DNA of 64,000 nt from Octopus sinensis (GCF_006345805.1 NC_043006.1:18476001-18540000), one strand, 5' to 3'; numbered from the stretch's first letter, positions 25,283-39,577 are shown. Translations and numbers: made by a program. The notes: a model not told the origin generated them from the sequence alone.

Positions 25283-25740
25283 TCGACTAGTTAGTTAGTT
25301 AGTTAGTTAATTTGGCTCAAAAGCAAATAGCAAGGCCATGTAGGGGGACATGGAGTTAAGTACAGGGTGGTGTTCATGTAAAGAGTTCAGGCCACTTGAG
25401 GTCCAGGTAGCCTTTGAACAAAGCGGTCATCGGCATCTTCACCATCTCGTCTGGCAGCTTGTTCCACGGATCCGCAACCCGGACGGAGAAAGCTCCTCTC
25501 CTTCGATTGAGATGAAATCGTCGCAGGTAGAGCTTTTCGGAATGACCCCGCAGCCGACGCTCTGGAGCAGGAGTGAAGAACAGCTCTTTCGAGAGGTTAC
25601 ATTTTCCGCTTATGATGTTGTGGGCGAGAATGAGATCTCCACGTAGGCGGCGTTTTTCTAGAGAATAAAGGTCGAGCGTCCTCAGCCTTTCTTCATAGGA
25701 CAAATTTTTGAGACCATGAAATCTGTTTAAAGCTGTTTCC
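25283..25740 (-). mobile_element. CR1-clade LINE 3' end with (ACTA)n tail
   Basis: SYEERLRTLDLYSLEKRRLRGDLI...LRGHSEKL...FSVRVADPWNKLP...FKGYLD is the typical CR1 ORF2 C-terminus; (TTAG)n on plus at 25288-25310. Confidence 0.92.
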
Positions 25741-25965
25741 CATTATGATCGTAGTCCAGTGACTGAAAGCAGTAAGAAATCAACTTTATAGCTGAACATA
25801 CAGATTTTACTATTTAAATTGATTGCTGAGGAGCACGACAGCTTAGACTTCTCTGCTTAGTCGTTACCACTATTTTTGAGTTTTAAATGAATTTCAGACC
25901 TCTACTGACAGGTTAATTTGACTAGTAAATATGTTTTTATTGAGTTATTTATATATACAAATGGT

Positions 25966-26339
25966 GGAAGCACTCCGTCGGTTACGACGACGACGGTTCC
26001 GGTTGATCCGATCAACGGAACAGCCTGCTTAATTAACGTGTAAGTGGCTGAGCACTCCACAGACACGTGTACCCTTAACGTAGTTCTCGGGGATATTCAG
26101 CGTGACACAGAGAGTGACAAGGCCGGCTCTCTGAAATACAGGTACAACAGAAACAGGAAGAGTTAGAGAAAGTTGTGGTGAAAGAGTACAGCAGGGATCA
26201 CCACCATCCCTGCCGGAGCCTCGTGGAGCTTTAGGTGTTTTCGCTTAATAAACACTCACAACGCCCGGTCTGGGAATCGAAACCGCGATCCTACGACCGC
26301 GAGTCCGCTGCCCTAACCACTGGGCCATTGCGCCTCCAC
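25966..26339 (-). mobile_element. SINE family A, full length
   Basis: 11-bp TSD ATACAAATGGT at 25955-25965 and 26340-26350. Confidence 0.95.
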
Positions 26340-26817
26340 ATACAAATGGTAGACCCAATGCGTAACAAGAAATAATTATCTTATTGTATTTAATTTTTTT
26401 CTCTTTATATTCTGTCTTGAAATAAGATTCAGCCTCAATAATTTCTTGATTTCACTTTGAAGCAAAATGTGGTGATTCACTTGTATTGAAGACCATATAA
26501 AACCATTTTTTTTGTCTGCACTCACAAAGGAAGTATTATTTTGAAACGCTGAATCGATGTAGGCAATAAGGAAAGTATTCAAAAGGTCCAATGAGTTTCC
26601 AGTCAATATTTTGCTTAATTTAACTCAAGAGAGAGAAAATGATTTGGTTCAACAGAGTAAAGAACTTAGTCCAAGAGAGAAACAAAAATTATATTTCGCT
26701 TCTGTTTTGCAAATTTTTTATTAATGTGAATTCATGTGCTGAAACATATTCTGTTGTATGTGGTGGCGGTGAGGGTGGGTCATTATGCCAATAATCAACA
26801 CACACACACACATACAT

Positions 26818-26864
<47 letters not shown>

Positions 26865-26891
26865 TGCACATACACACATACACACATACAT

Positions 26892-26944
<53 letters not shown>

Positions 26945-27389
26945 GGTTCTATTTTATTATTATTAGTCAATTTGTTGACATTCAGCAAATATATTATTCG
27001 ATTGCTTCATTCATCATTCGGTTAATCATTCTTTCAGCTTGATTTCTCAGCCCTTTCGTTGCCATTCACAACCTCATCAATGACACGCTGTCTCTTCTAA
27101 TCAGACTTGAAGGAGAGAGCGTATGTCATTGATTCCGTCGCGAATGGTGATGCAAAAACCAACAGACAGGTGATTAATTGTTTTGCCGACTGATAAAGCA
27201 AAACATCAATTAGCTTCTTGGTTAAATAACTAACCAAGTGATTAATAATAAAGAAATGAAATCCATCCTGTGTGTGTGTTTATTATTGGCGTAATGACTC
27301 TCCCAAATATAACAAGAAGTAACATTGTCTACAGAAAAAGATCGACACAGAAACCGTGTACAAGCTTTGTACGTGTACATAGCTTTGTG

Positions 27390-27572
27390 CAAAAGAAAAT
27401 TTAGGAGAACCAGTTAATTATGATTTTATTCAACATATTCCCCTGTCGGATTCACACAGTTATTGCAGCGGTCCTTCAATTTTTTTAAGCCTTGTAAAAG
27501 AACTCGGAAGGTTGGGCCTCCAACCTGGCCTTTCGTGATACCCTTAAAGCCAAGAAATTTTCAGTATCCGCT
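27390..27572. mobile_element. Mariner-type MITE fragment
   Basis: Matches the internal part and one TIR of 35362-35579. Confidence 0.7.
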
Positions 27573-27752
27573 GATTGGTTGTTGATGTCCTACTGATCAT
27601 CTTATTCAATTAATTTTTCGTTTTGTAAAGTATTTGCTGTGGGTGATGAAATCTGCATTTCAAAGCATGGAACATGTTGTGTCATCTCATTAACTGACTC
27701 TGTCCTCTCTGTGCTACAACTTCAATTAACCGTTTCTATATTTCTGACTGCT

Positions 27753-27988
27753 AAGGTGGCGAGCTGGCAGAATCGTTAGAGTGCCGGGCGAAATGCGTAG
27801 CCGTATTTCATCTGCCGCTACGATCTGAGTTCAAGTTCCGTCGAGGTCGATTTAGCCTTTCATCCTTTCGGGTTCGATAAATTAAGTACCAGTTACGCAC
27901 TGAGGTCGATGTAATTGACTTAATCCGTTTGTCTGTCCTTGTTTGTCCTCCCCCCTGTGTTTAGCCCCTTGTGGGTAGTAAAGAAATA
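27753..27988 (+). mobile_element. SINE family B1, full length
   Basis: 16-bp TSD TATATTTCTGACTGCT at 27737-27752 and 27989-28004. Confidence 0.95.
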
Positions 27989-29847
27989 TATATTTCTGAC
28001 TGCTGACTCTGCTATAACTGACTGCTGCAAGCGAAATGAGAAGCGAGTTGGATAGATTTTATCGTATATGTCATTGTTCTTTGTGGTATTAGCATTTATA
28101 AACCTACTGGATTAATATCGAAAATGTCCTTAATGTGGAAATTGCGTAGCCTCTGAAGTTGTATTTTTCCTCGTATGTGGCTACCATACGAAAAAGATGA
28201 GCGCCTTGTAACTGAGTCAGAAAGCAGTGGTTCTATGTTTATGGTTAGTGAATAAGACGGCTTAGTTGTACCTCATTAAAAATATGTTAAACATTGAACA
28301 TTGACAAATCGCACGAAACAGTGAAGGAACTCAATTGTTCGATTATGAGTTTTCAACTTTACGAGCAATTGCGGTGCTCCAGCATGGTCGCAGTCAAATG
28401 ACCGAAAAAAAAAAAGAAATTAAACTTCCATGATCATTGGATTAACGTGAAAGTAAGTAAAAATTCTAGACATATGTGCCCTTAACGTAATCACAAGTAG
28501 AATCAGCGTGAGACAACGTATGAAAACGCTGAATCTTTTGAATCGCAAGTAAGATCTTGATGACAGGCTTCTGGCATTCCATCACTTATGACAATGAGTG
28601 TTTTAGTTGATCCGATCAACGAAGCAGCCGGTTCGTGATATTAACATGTAAGTGGCTGAGTACTCAACAAACATGTGTATCTTTAAAGTAGTATCAATAA
28701 TAAAGTGATTGTTTCTTATCGGGAACAAAATGTTTAATAGGATTGCTATAGACGTGCTCAATTAAATGAGACAAATATATTAAACTATGGTTGCAGAACA
28801 AACAAATACAAGGTCATCCACGTAACATTTCATATCTCGAACATTTAATCACATAATGCTTTATGTTTCACATAGAATGTACATGCATAAAATCACGGAA
28901 GATGAAACACAACTCATCAATACGAGCATATAAGAAAAATATAAGGAAAATGTGTGAATACAGTTCTTCGCGGTTAAAAGTTAATGATTAATACTTTAGC
29001 GACTAAAAAAATATATACTTTAACATTACAACATCTAGAATAATAAATACATTAAAATATAAAGAAATATATAAATATATAGATATATAAAAAGATATAA
29101 AAATACATATATATAGGAAACATATAAATAAATAATATATAAGGTAAGATAAAAGTTTATCGTTTAGAAATTTTTTCGATTAAATATTACTTTTCAAGAT
29201 AAGGGAAACCTATTGTTAAAAGCCAGTGTCCAAGCAAAAAAGAAGAAGCCATCTTTAAAGCAGTATTCAGGGAGATTGAGCGTGACACAGAATGTGACGA
29301 GGCTGCTCCCCTTTGAATTACAGGTACAACTAATTTTTTTCCAGCTGAGTGGACTGGAGAAATATGAAATAAACTGTCTTGCTCAAGACACACCGCCAGG
29401 AATCGAACTCCCGACCTTATGATCGAGAACCGAATTTCCTAACTCCTAAGCCACAAGCCTTCATTTGACAGACATCTATAGGGCTTCTGTTTATTCAATT
29501 TCACTGAAAAGGTATGAATCGACCAGGGGTAAATAGAAAATGAGTTTAGCCCCAATTGTCACGCCATGCGAGTGAATCCTGGATTTTGCGATTGAAAAAC
29601 GAACTTCTTGAGAACTCGGCCATATTGCCCATACCATAGAAATGAAATTAAGTAGACGGAAACTGTACAGAAGCCTGCTTATTGGATTGTGATGTCATAC
29701 ATCATGTCACGTAGATTCTGCTTGATAGTTATATAAAAGTATTCCATGCGCCTGTGGAATACACAGCCACTTATAAGCTAATTCGATGAGCCTACTGAGT
29801 TGAACGAACATCTAAATTACTCATGGTCGATCAGTTATATAAATAGA

Positions 29848-30297
29848 CTAGCAGTATCGCCCGGCGTTGCTCGGGCTTGTAAGGGAAATAACTTAATAAT
29901 AAGTTATTTCCCTTAATAATAACTTAATAATAACTTAATAATAACTTAAAAATAAGCATTTTTAGAGATGTAAATTATAATAGCCATCTCAATATGGCTA
30001 AACACAAAGGGCAGTGTTACTGTAGCTTTTTACGTTCTGAGATTTAATAATACATTTAGAGAGTTACTTCCCTTATATAATAGCAAAAGAATGCATAAAA
30101 ATGGGAAAAAATTATGGTAATTTTTTTTTAAATCGTATAGACTCATTGTAGACGCGCCGCTATACCCAGAAGGGCTCGATATGAATCACGACTATAAGAT
30201 ACCCGATTTTGGTTACACTGCACTGCAAAGTGGTAGGGAAGTAGTTAGGAATCTAAATCGTAGGAGACAGAACACACTTCACTTTCATATATAAAGA
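29848..30297 (-). mobile_element. Non-autonomous Helitron
   Basis: TC...hairpin-CTAG termini, A|T site; small internal tandem (TAATAATAACT)n expansion. Confidence 0.88.
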
Positions 30298-30646
30298 TAA
30301 TTGAAAATTATAATAAAGACCACTATTAGTATTCATGAATTTAAGTCAACTCTAAAAACTCCCGTGATTTAGTCGATGTTTTTTATTTTATGCTTGATAA
30401 CTTTTCGATCTAAACAGATTGTTTTCTTTTTTAACCTCTAATTCAATTGAAATGTCTTTCCGATTTTAATTTTGATTTTTAAAAGAAGATTCTTCGATAT
30501 AAATTTGATAACAATGCTTGCTTATATTTTTCTTGGCAGTTGTGATTTAGATCGAAATTAGTGTTGATGCGGTAGACATCACAAAAGAGGTTAAAACCTT
30601 GACCGTCCTGCTTTTTTTCTTTCTGGGTAAAACTGCACTGTCGATT

Positions 30647-30737
<91 letters not shown>

Positions 30738-30984
30738 GCAGCAGCCGCAGCAGCAGCCGCAGCAGCAGCCGCAGCAGCAACAACAACAACAACGGAAACT
30801 GTAGACGGAAACTGTACAGAAGCCTGCTTATTGGATTGTGATGTCATACATCATGTCACGTAGATTCTGCTTGATAGTTATATAAAAGTATTCCATGCGC
30901 CTGTGGAATACACAGCCACTTATAAGCTAATTTCTGGGTAAAACTGCACTGTCGATTATCATCATCAACAACAACAACAACGAC

Positions 30985-31018
<34 letters not shown>

Positions 31019-31520
31019 ACAACAACAACAACAGCAGCGGGTTAATGTTTACAAGTACACCGACACGCAAAAATCGACCTTTTTTTAAAAAAAATTGTTT
31101 TCAGCGAATTCCTATGTTTTCGATGGTGGAGATTCTGAATAGGCCAAAAACCATTTAAAAATTTTAAAATTTTTTCGAATTTTTTTTTTTTTTTTTTTTG
31201 CAATCTACGTGGAAAAATATGGAGATTAATAATATGGAAAAAAAAAATTATTAATTCCAAATTTTCTATGAGAAAAATTCCAAAATTGATTCAAACACCC
31301 CTCGCCAACCCCATCCCGCTGTCTAAAAGTGCAAATGAAAGGCTTGTGTGTTTGTGTGTGCTCTTGCGAATGAACAGAGAAAATACACCGAAATATGTTT
31401 TACATACCTGTCATATACATCGGTTTGGCTTTTCCGCTTTAAAAGCAAACGATCCTGATAGAAGCAAACATGATATTCAATAATATGAAAGGCAAAAATC
31501 GACCTCGGCGGAATTTGAGT

Positions 31521-31564
<44 letters not shown>

Positions 31565-31565
31565 C

Positions 31566-31700
31566 GGTTGTGTGGTAAGAAGCTTGCTTCCCAGCCACAT
31601 GGTTCTGAGTTCAGTCCCACTGCGTAGCGCCTTGGGCAAATGTCTTCTACTACAGCCTCGGGTCAGTAGATTTGGTAGACGGAAACTGAAAGCCCATCGT
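31566..31700 (+). mobile_element. SINE family C 5' half
   Basis: GGTTGTGTGGTAAGAAGCTTGCTTCCC...GGTAGACGGAAACTGAAAGCCC. Confidence 0.78.
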
Positions 31701-31741
31701 ATACATACATACATACATACATACATACATACATACATACA

Positions 31742-31777
<36 letters not shown>

Positions 31778-31890
31778 TATCACCGTGATCACCGTGACCG
31801 ACCCGGCTATCAGATGTTGTTACACATCGCTGGTCACAATGTGCTTCGCATTGTTTTAGCCTTCAAATGACGCCATCCCGCTGGCTAAGT

Positions 31891-31994
31891 GTACCCTTAT
31901 CAGACGGATCAGACGGGTAGTCATGACGGGTTTACTGGGCTTCGTATATTTTACCCCAGTGTCACTTTGATGGCATGAACTGCTCTCTCACTCA
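31891..31994 (+). mobile_element. Family E 3' fragment
   Basis: GTACCCTTATCAGACGG...CTCTCTCACTCAATAATAAT. Confidence 0.8.
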
Positions 31995-32149
31995 ATAATA
32001 ATAATAATAATAACAAACACAAGTTGTAGCGACACGACCAGGTAACGAAGTGCTTCAATGGAAACAGTGCGAAAAAGTGGGGGGCTAGAGAGAGGTACGA
32101 GGTGGTATGAGCACAAAACGCAGAGAGAGAGAGAGAGGAAAAGTCGGAG

Positions 32150-32712
<563 letters not shown>

Positions 32713-32734
32713 GATAATGATGACGATGATAATA

Positions 32735-32774
<40 letters not shown>

Positions 32775-32984
32775 CGACGACGAACTTTACACAGTTGTAT
32801 GAAAGGCTCGCTGCGTAACTAGTTGACTGTCTGCAGCAAGGTCTGGATGACAAGTGGACGAACGCTGCTATGCATCAAGGATCCCTTGGAAATAAACTTG
32901 GCATCAAATTTTCAGCCTATAACCTGTTTACCACTAATGTGGAAGCTTATGACCGGTGTTTTTTGCGGAAGAATTATGCAACCA

Positions 32985-34420
32985 TCTAGAAAGTAAAATA
33001 ATCTAATTCCAGAAGAACAGAAATGATTCAGGAAACAAAGCAGGGCAACAGAAGATCACTTATTAGTTGATAAAATGATAATTAGAAATTGTATAGACAT
33101 ATTGACGGGACTGAGTGGCTAGATTACAAAAAAGCATATGACGTGGTAGAGAGGAAGCACTCCGTCGGTTACGACGACGAGGGTTCCGGTTGATCCGATC
33201 AACGGAACAGCCTGCTCGTGAAATTAACGTGTAAGTGGCTGAGCACTCCACAGACACATGCACCCTTAACGTAATTCTCGGGGATATTCAGTGTGACACA
33301 GAGAGTGACAAGGCCGGCCCTTTGAAATACAGGTACAACAGAAACAGGAAGTAAGAGTGAGAGAAAGTTGTGGCGAAAGAGTACAGCAGGGATCACCACC
33401 ATCCCCTGCCGGAGCCTCGTGGAGCTTTTAGGTGTTTTCGCTCAATAAACACTCACAATGCCCGGTCTGGGAATCGAAACCGCGATCCTACGACCGGGAG
33501 TCCGCTGCCCTAACCACTGGGCCATTGCACCTCCACATATGACGTGGTACCACACAGTTGGATAAGTAAAACGATGAGCATGTTTGGAATAGTAAATAAA
33601 AAAAAAAACCATGGAGAAAATGCTTAATGAAAGTATGAAACATTGGAATACTGAATTGATCGGAGGGAAAACAAAAACTCAGAAAAGTGAACATCAGACG
33701 TGGAATATTCCAAGGTGATAGCTTATCTCCATTACTATTCGTACTGGCCATAACACCACTTAATATGATACTACGAAAAGTTGAAATTGCTTACGATTTG
33801 GTAAAAGGAAATAGTCAGATATATAATCTCCTTTTCCTGGATGATATAAAGGTTTATGCGAAAAATAGAAACAGCTTGATAGTCTTGTACATACTATCTG
33901 TATTTTTCTCAAATGACATTGGTATGAAATTTGGGATAGAAAAGTGTGTTATTTTGAAAATGAAATGAGGAAGATTTGAAAGAAGCCAAGGAATTGAAAT
34001 GTCAAATGGGCGAACAATGAGAGCAGTTGAGAAAGGACAGTGGTGAAGTACTTGGAAATACTGGAAGAAATAAAAACAAATTAACAGTAGGGAGTACAGA
34101 AGGTGAGTCAGAAAATAATTGCAGTCAAAGCTGAATTCCAAAAATCTTATTGAAGCAACGAATTCAAGAGCAGTTGCTTTAATCAGATATAGGGGTTGGA
34201 ATTATAGACTGGATCAAAAAAGATATAAAGGCACTTCCTAGAAAAAAAAAAAAAAACTAGGAACTTTTTGACGATTTATGGAGTCCACCATTCAAAAGCT
34301 AATATAATCCGTGTGGAAGATGCTTAATAGTAGAAGAATGTGTACAGATGGAAAGGAAAAGTCTAGTAAGTCTAGTAGAATATTTACAGAGCAGCACAGA
34401 AAATCTGCTAAAGGCAGTTA
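32985..34420 (+). mobile_element. R4/Dong-type RT relic interrupted by SINE A
   Basis: WLDYKKAYDVV|PHSWI split by the SINE; NIRRGIFQGDSLSPLLFVLAI; LLFLDDIKVY; MKFGIEKC. Confidence 0.9.
33149..33535 (-). mobile_element. SINE family A, full length
   Basis: 14-bp TSD CATATGACGTGGTA at 33135-33148 and 33536-33549. Confidence 0.95.
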
Positions 34421-34552
34421 ATTAAGAACAGGTGAAGAAGCGCGAAATAGGATAAAAAGGACAAGTTCGAAATACAAAGAGAGCACGTCAGACAGATCGA
34501 AGAGAAACTTCTCCGTGACCAGTTTTGGAGAGTCACAGAATACTCCAAGTTG

Positions 34553-34630
<78 letters not shown>

Positions 34631-34637
34631 AAATCCG

Positions 34638-34674
<37 letters not shown>

Positions 34675-35361
34675 TTCTAGGATCTCGGGCATCCTCCATC
34701 CGATTACGCTCAAATTTGATATGTGGATACCGACGGTATCGAGGCGTATATAAGTCTTGAAAAAATTACAAAAATCGATTCCAGGTGAGAATGCGATCGA
34801 TAAAGTCGTGGGAACGCGCATCTGTACACGCAAGTACATCAGCTGTTGCGATCGATACTACGCGTACGCGAGAAAAATGCACGTGCAGTTTCCTACATGT
34901 TTTATCGGATAAACTTATTATTGTCCCAGGTACGTTCTCATAAATTCATCATGCTTTTCCATCTAGATTTACTTCGAACTAACCATTTGCATACATTTTT
35001 GTCCTGCTTTTCTTCCGTCAACCTGTACATAACTGCACCTTCCATTTTTTGTTGTTTTTGTACTGCTTAAAGGCACGTTTCTTTCCTGCCAAGTTTACTA
35101 TTTAAACCATGTTTGTGTTCTCCCAGTCAACAGCCTTATCATTACTGATACTTTAAACTCTTCGGTTGCATATTTGTCTGAATAAAAGCGTTTTTCTTTA
35201 GAATAGAAAAAAGTCTATCTTTATTTCTTCTTTTGCTGGTGTCTCAAATATAGGTTAAACCAGTGTTTCTCAAAGGGGAGGCCTATGGGACGGTCAGACA
35301 AGTTATTTTGAGAAAATTTGGTTTAAATGTTTGACAACATATATATACATACATATATATA

Positions 35362-35579
35362 CGGGAGAGGGCTGAAAACTTCTTGGCTTCGGATGAAAGA
35401 AAATACAGGAAGATCAGTTAGTTATGATTTTATTCAACATGTTCCCCTCTCAGACTCACACACTTAATGCAGCGGTCCTTCAGGTTTTGTAAGCCCTGTA
35501 AAAGAGCTCGGATGGTTGGGGACCTCCAGCCAGATCTTCTATGGCACCCTTAAACCTGGAACTTTTCAGCATCCCCTCG
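35362..35579. mobile_element. Mariner-type MITE
   Basis: Imperfect TIRs CGGGAGAGGGCTGAAAACTTC / GAACTTTTCAGCATCCCCTCG, TA flanks; minus strand carries GGGAACATGTTGAATAA resembling a transposase end (G.YVE*). Confidence 0.75.
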
Positions 35580-35646
35580 TAGAATATAATCTACTTTATC
35601 ACGGGAATAGTATTGAAACACTGGTACATTTAACTAAATACATACC

Positions 35647-35880
35647 TATTTCTTTACTACCCACAAGGGGCTAAACACAGAGAGGACAAACAAGGGCAGA
35701 CAAATGGATTAAGTCGATTATATCGACCCCAGTGCGTAACTGGTACTTATTTAATCGACCCCGAAATGAGGAAAGGCAAAGTCGACCTCGGCGGAATTTG
35801 AACTCAGAACGTAGCGGCAGACGAAATACGGCTACGCATTTCGCCCGGCGTGCTAACGTTTCTGCCAGCTCGCCGCCTTT
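35647..35880 (-). mobile_element. SINE family B1, full length
   Basis: 14-bp TSD ACTAAATACATACC at 35633-35646 and 35881-35894. Confidence 0.95.
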
Positions 35881-36663
35881 ACTAAATACATACCGTTTAT
35901 AGGCTACCTAAGTATTATCTAACATCATGTTGACTGTTCATTATTGATTATTCATATGCTGACAGTTTTGTAACATCAAAACTTGGTGCGTGACAAAGAG
36001 GTGTGGTGCAGCAAACTGCTGTGCTTAGCATAGTTTCATTGCCAAAATTTAATTTGTTGGCTGTGATAAAGCGAAAATGTTTTTCGCATTGTAAGCCCGT
36101 TATCCATAAATAAGAAATATATCGTCAGGGACATGTCGATTATGTCGTTCTATTGGCTGCATTCTGTGTTGCGCTATCGCAGCTACAGTCTGTCTCTGAC
36201 TTTTTAACTGATTGCCTTGCTCTGACTAATATAGCTCAGAAGGTGGGGCCTCCAACCAGGCCTTTCACAACACCCTTAATGCTAGGAACTTCTCAGAACT
36301 CCCTGGTTTGTGCGAGTGTGTGTGTATGTGTGTGTGCTCTGGTCCATGGATTGTAGCTTGATAGAGACCGTGCATTTTAAGTTGAAAAGGGTGCATATAG
36401 ATTTTGGTTTGGCAAGATTTGACAGTTTAAAGACTTCAGAAATGAAACAGAGATAATCTGTGTAGTTCAAACTTTGGTTTTATGTAGTTCGATCTTCGTC
36501 TCTAATCGTAAAAAGTTGCATGTTTGGTCGAGTAGAAGACGAATTTTTAAAGTCGAGGGTGTAGCAATTTACACAGCATTTCTTATTTCTTAGAGGAGGC
36601 ATGTAGTTCTTGAGTAGGAAGGTAACCAATCTATGACGATGAGGTTAAAATTTTTTTATATGT

Positions 36664-37057
36664 TGTTGGAAGCACTCCGTCGGTTACGACGACGAGGGTT
36701 CCTGTTGATCCGATCAACGGAACAGCCTGCTCGTGAAATTAACGTGCAAGTGGCTGAGCACTCCACAGACACGTGCACTCTTTAACGTAGTTCTCGGGGA
36801 TATTCAGCGTGACACAGAGAGTGACAAGGCCGGCCCTTTGAAATACAGGTACAACAGAAACAGGAAGTAAGTGTGAGAGAAAGTTGTGGTGAAAGAGTAC
36901 AGCAGGGATCACCACCATCCCCTGCCGGAGCCTCGTGGAGCTTTTAGGTGTTTTCGCTCAATAAACACTCACAACACCCGGTCTGGGAATCGAAGCCGCG
37001 ATCCTACGACCGCGAGTCCGCTGCCCTAACCACTGGGCCATTATTGCGCCTCCATTT
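36664..37057 (-). mobile_element. SINE family A, full length
   Basis: ~13-bp TSD TTTTTTTATATGT at 36651-36663 and 37058-37070. Confidence 0.93.
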
Positions 37058-37319
37058 TTTTTTTATATGTGTACATGTTTGCACGACAACGTCACCAAGT
37101 GTAGCGATCATTCCAGCAATCGGTTAAGAAGGCGGCTATTCTTTAATCGAAGATCACCAATTTGTAACGATTAATGAACGTCGGAAGCCATAAATTTGTA
37201 ACACTTAAGTGTAACGATCATATTTAAGCAATTTATAAACATCGGAAGTCACCAATTATAACGATCATGTGTAACGATAATATGCACCGAATAAATGGTC
37301 CTTTATTTATATCGCTATT

Positions 37320-37549
37320 AGGCGGCGAGCTGGCAGACACGTTAGCGCGCCGGGTGAAATGCTTAGCGGTATTTCGTCTGTCGTTACGTTCTGAGTTCAA
37401 ATTCCGCCGAGGTCAACTTTGCCTTTCATCCTTTCGGTCGATAAATAAAGTACCAGTTTCGCACTGGGGGCGATGTAATCGACTCAATTCCTTCGTCTGT
37501 CCTTGTTTGTCCCCTCTGTGTTTAGCCCCTTGTGGGCAGTAAAGAAATA
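37320..37549 (+). mobile_element. SINE family B1
   Basis: GGCGGCGAGCTGGCAG...GTAAAGAAATA. Confidence 0.92.
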
Positions 37550-38174
37550 TATTATCATCGGTTCAATGTAGAAGACAATTTCTAATAGCTGTACACAGAT
37601 TATTTGCTGTTCTGTAGTCCATTGTATACATAATAGATTCATCTGTGTGTGACTGTTAAAGAGAGAAAGAATAAGAAAATTTAGGCAAATAGAAAGATTA
37701 AGAAATGTGTTGTCGCGTGATAAAAGGCAGTACTTGAAGTGAGAAAGAAAGGATGCTCTTCTACCAGAGGCCAAAGGACGGAGAAGAAAGAACTAATTTA
37801 TATTCTCCCCAACTGAATTAGGTCAGGGCAGACAAAAGGTTTTCTCTCTTCAATCACGTTTGACTCGAAAAAATGCTTAAGAAGTCAGTTTGCACTTATA
37901 AATCTCCTAGTGTGAGAGGCGAGAACAAAAGGCAGAAAACTTGTAGAAAAATGTGAATTCGGTTTCGTATCCTGGTCTGGTCTGGAAATTTGGAAACTAT
38001 TCGTTACACACACACAGACATACACACATACACACAGAGGCTTTGGGCCTATGTTAGAAACAATTATTATTGCTGTAGTTGTTATTGTTGTTCCTTTTGT
38101 ACTTTCTGTTTTTTTATCTTGAAGGGCTAAATCCTATCGATGTGTTTGAGGCGCTACACGGGAAAAATGTACTT

Positions 38175-38950
38175 CATTAGCAACACTCTCCGTAGTAATG
38201 TGTGTTGTTCCAAGTCATATGATCTGTACTGTATAAATATTGCTGTTTGTCCGGATATAACTCGTGAACTTTTATGCTCAGTTCGACATGAATCTTAGTG
38301 CTCCAATGATCACAGTATCATTTGGGTTTTCATATTCCACAGGAGGTGCAATGGCCCAGTGGTTAGGGCAGCGGACTCGCGGTCATAGGATCGCAGTTTC
38401 GATTCCCAGACCGGGCGTTGTGAGTGTTTATTGAGCGAAAACACCTAAAGTTCCACGAAGCTCCGGCAGGGGATGGTGGTGATCCCTGCTGTACTCTTTC
38501 ACCACAACTTTCTTTCTCTCACTCTTACTTCCTGTTTCTGTTGTACCTGTATTTCAAAGGGCCGGCCTTGTCACTCTCTGTGTCACGCTGAATATCCCCG
38601 AGAACTACGTTAAGGTTACACGTGTCTGTGGAGTGCTCAGCCACTTACACGTTAATTTCACGAGCAGGCTGTTCCGTTGATTCGGATCAACCATAACCCT
38701 CGTCGTCGTAACCGACGGAGTGCTTCCATATTCCACATCCTGTTGATTGCGATATCTAGGTCTATATACTCGGTCAGCCTGTCGGTGTGACTTTCACGAA
38801 AGGAGTTCTTAGGTCGATAACTATACACTATACACTTCCTGTCTTCCTGTCCTGGATAACGATGTCGGTCTTATTGAGTTTATTTCTTTATTTGTGTAGA
38901 TAGGTATATCCCAAACGATAGTGATATCATTGTTGAGACCATATTTGATT
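38175..38950 (-). mobile_element. R4/Dong-type endonuclease relic interrupted by SINE A
   Basis: Minus frames: ITIVWDIPIYT, PDIVIQD, EYIDLDIAINRMWNMK, VIIGALRF, LGTTH.LRRVL; SINE inserted in the MWNMK codons. Confidence 0.75.
38342..38726 (+). mobile_element. SINE family A, full length
   Basis: 11-bp TSD CATATTCCACA at 38331-38341 and 38727-38737. Confidence 0.95.
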
Positions 38951-38984
38951 GATGTTCATACAATTTCTATTGTTTGGTTAAGAT

Positions 38985-39430
38985 CTAAAGGTGATCAAAA
39001 ATTGGGAGGAGATGACAAGCTGCGTGGCCAATCTTACTCAGAAATGGACTGAGAGAAAGTTATCCCTGAAAGGTCAAGCAGCGGTGGCGAACGCGTACAT
39101 CACCTCCATCATATATAACCGTCTGATTGTCCTGCCTTGCCCCAGTTCCTATCTGTTTTTTTTCGGTAGTTTCATGTGTGTTTCTACTGCACCACTAGTG
39201 CAACTTTATATTCCTGAAGAGTCTGCAACATTGTATTCTGTATTCGTTTTTTTTAATGTTTAGGATTGTGGGAGTATAGACTCCGCCTGTTTGTTTTGCC
39301 GTGGGGTTTAGTTTCGTTTTCCCTTATATCAGCGCACGTTCTGTTGTGTGTGTTGTGTTTAATGTCAGCTCTGTCACTTTATAGGGCCTTAATCTTGTAT
39401 GGTATATGTTACCTGAGTTGTGTTAGTCTA
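38985..39430 (+). mobile_element. Tx1/L1-clade ORF2 fragment joined to a probable 3' UTR
   Basis: KNWEEMTSCVANLTQKWTERKLSLKGQAAVANAYITSIIYNRLIVLPCP matches the post-RT W..R.LSL.GR region of L1/Tx1 ORF2. Confidence 0.75.
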
Positions 39431-39577
39431 AATGATTAGGTGTTTGTTGTATAGGGTATGTGATGTGCGTGAACATTGTTCTCCTTGAGTTTTTTTTTAT
39501 CGTGATCTGCTTTCTTGAATTGATAGTATCTGGCGCAAGAAAATAAATTTTTAATCATGCCTAAAGCTCTAATTACT

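Noticed and set aside
27051-27120. Exon-like segment (CTCAG acceptor, GTATGT donor; PFVAIHNLINDTLSLLIRLEGES)
   Set aside because: Isolated, no homology, and such signals arise by chance at this length.
28470-29460. Degenerate patches resembling SINE A body
   Set aside because: Probably older relatives, but boundaries could not be set reliably.
34610-35060. Possible 5' part of another Helitron family
   Set aside because: No hairpin-CTAG end found and no second copy in the window.
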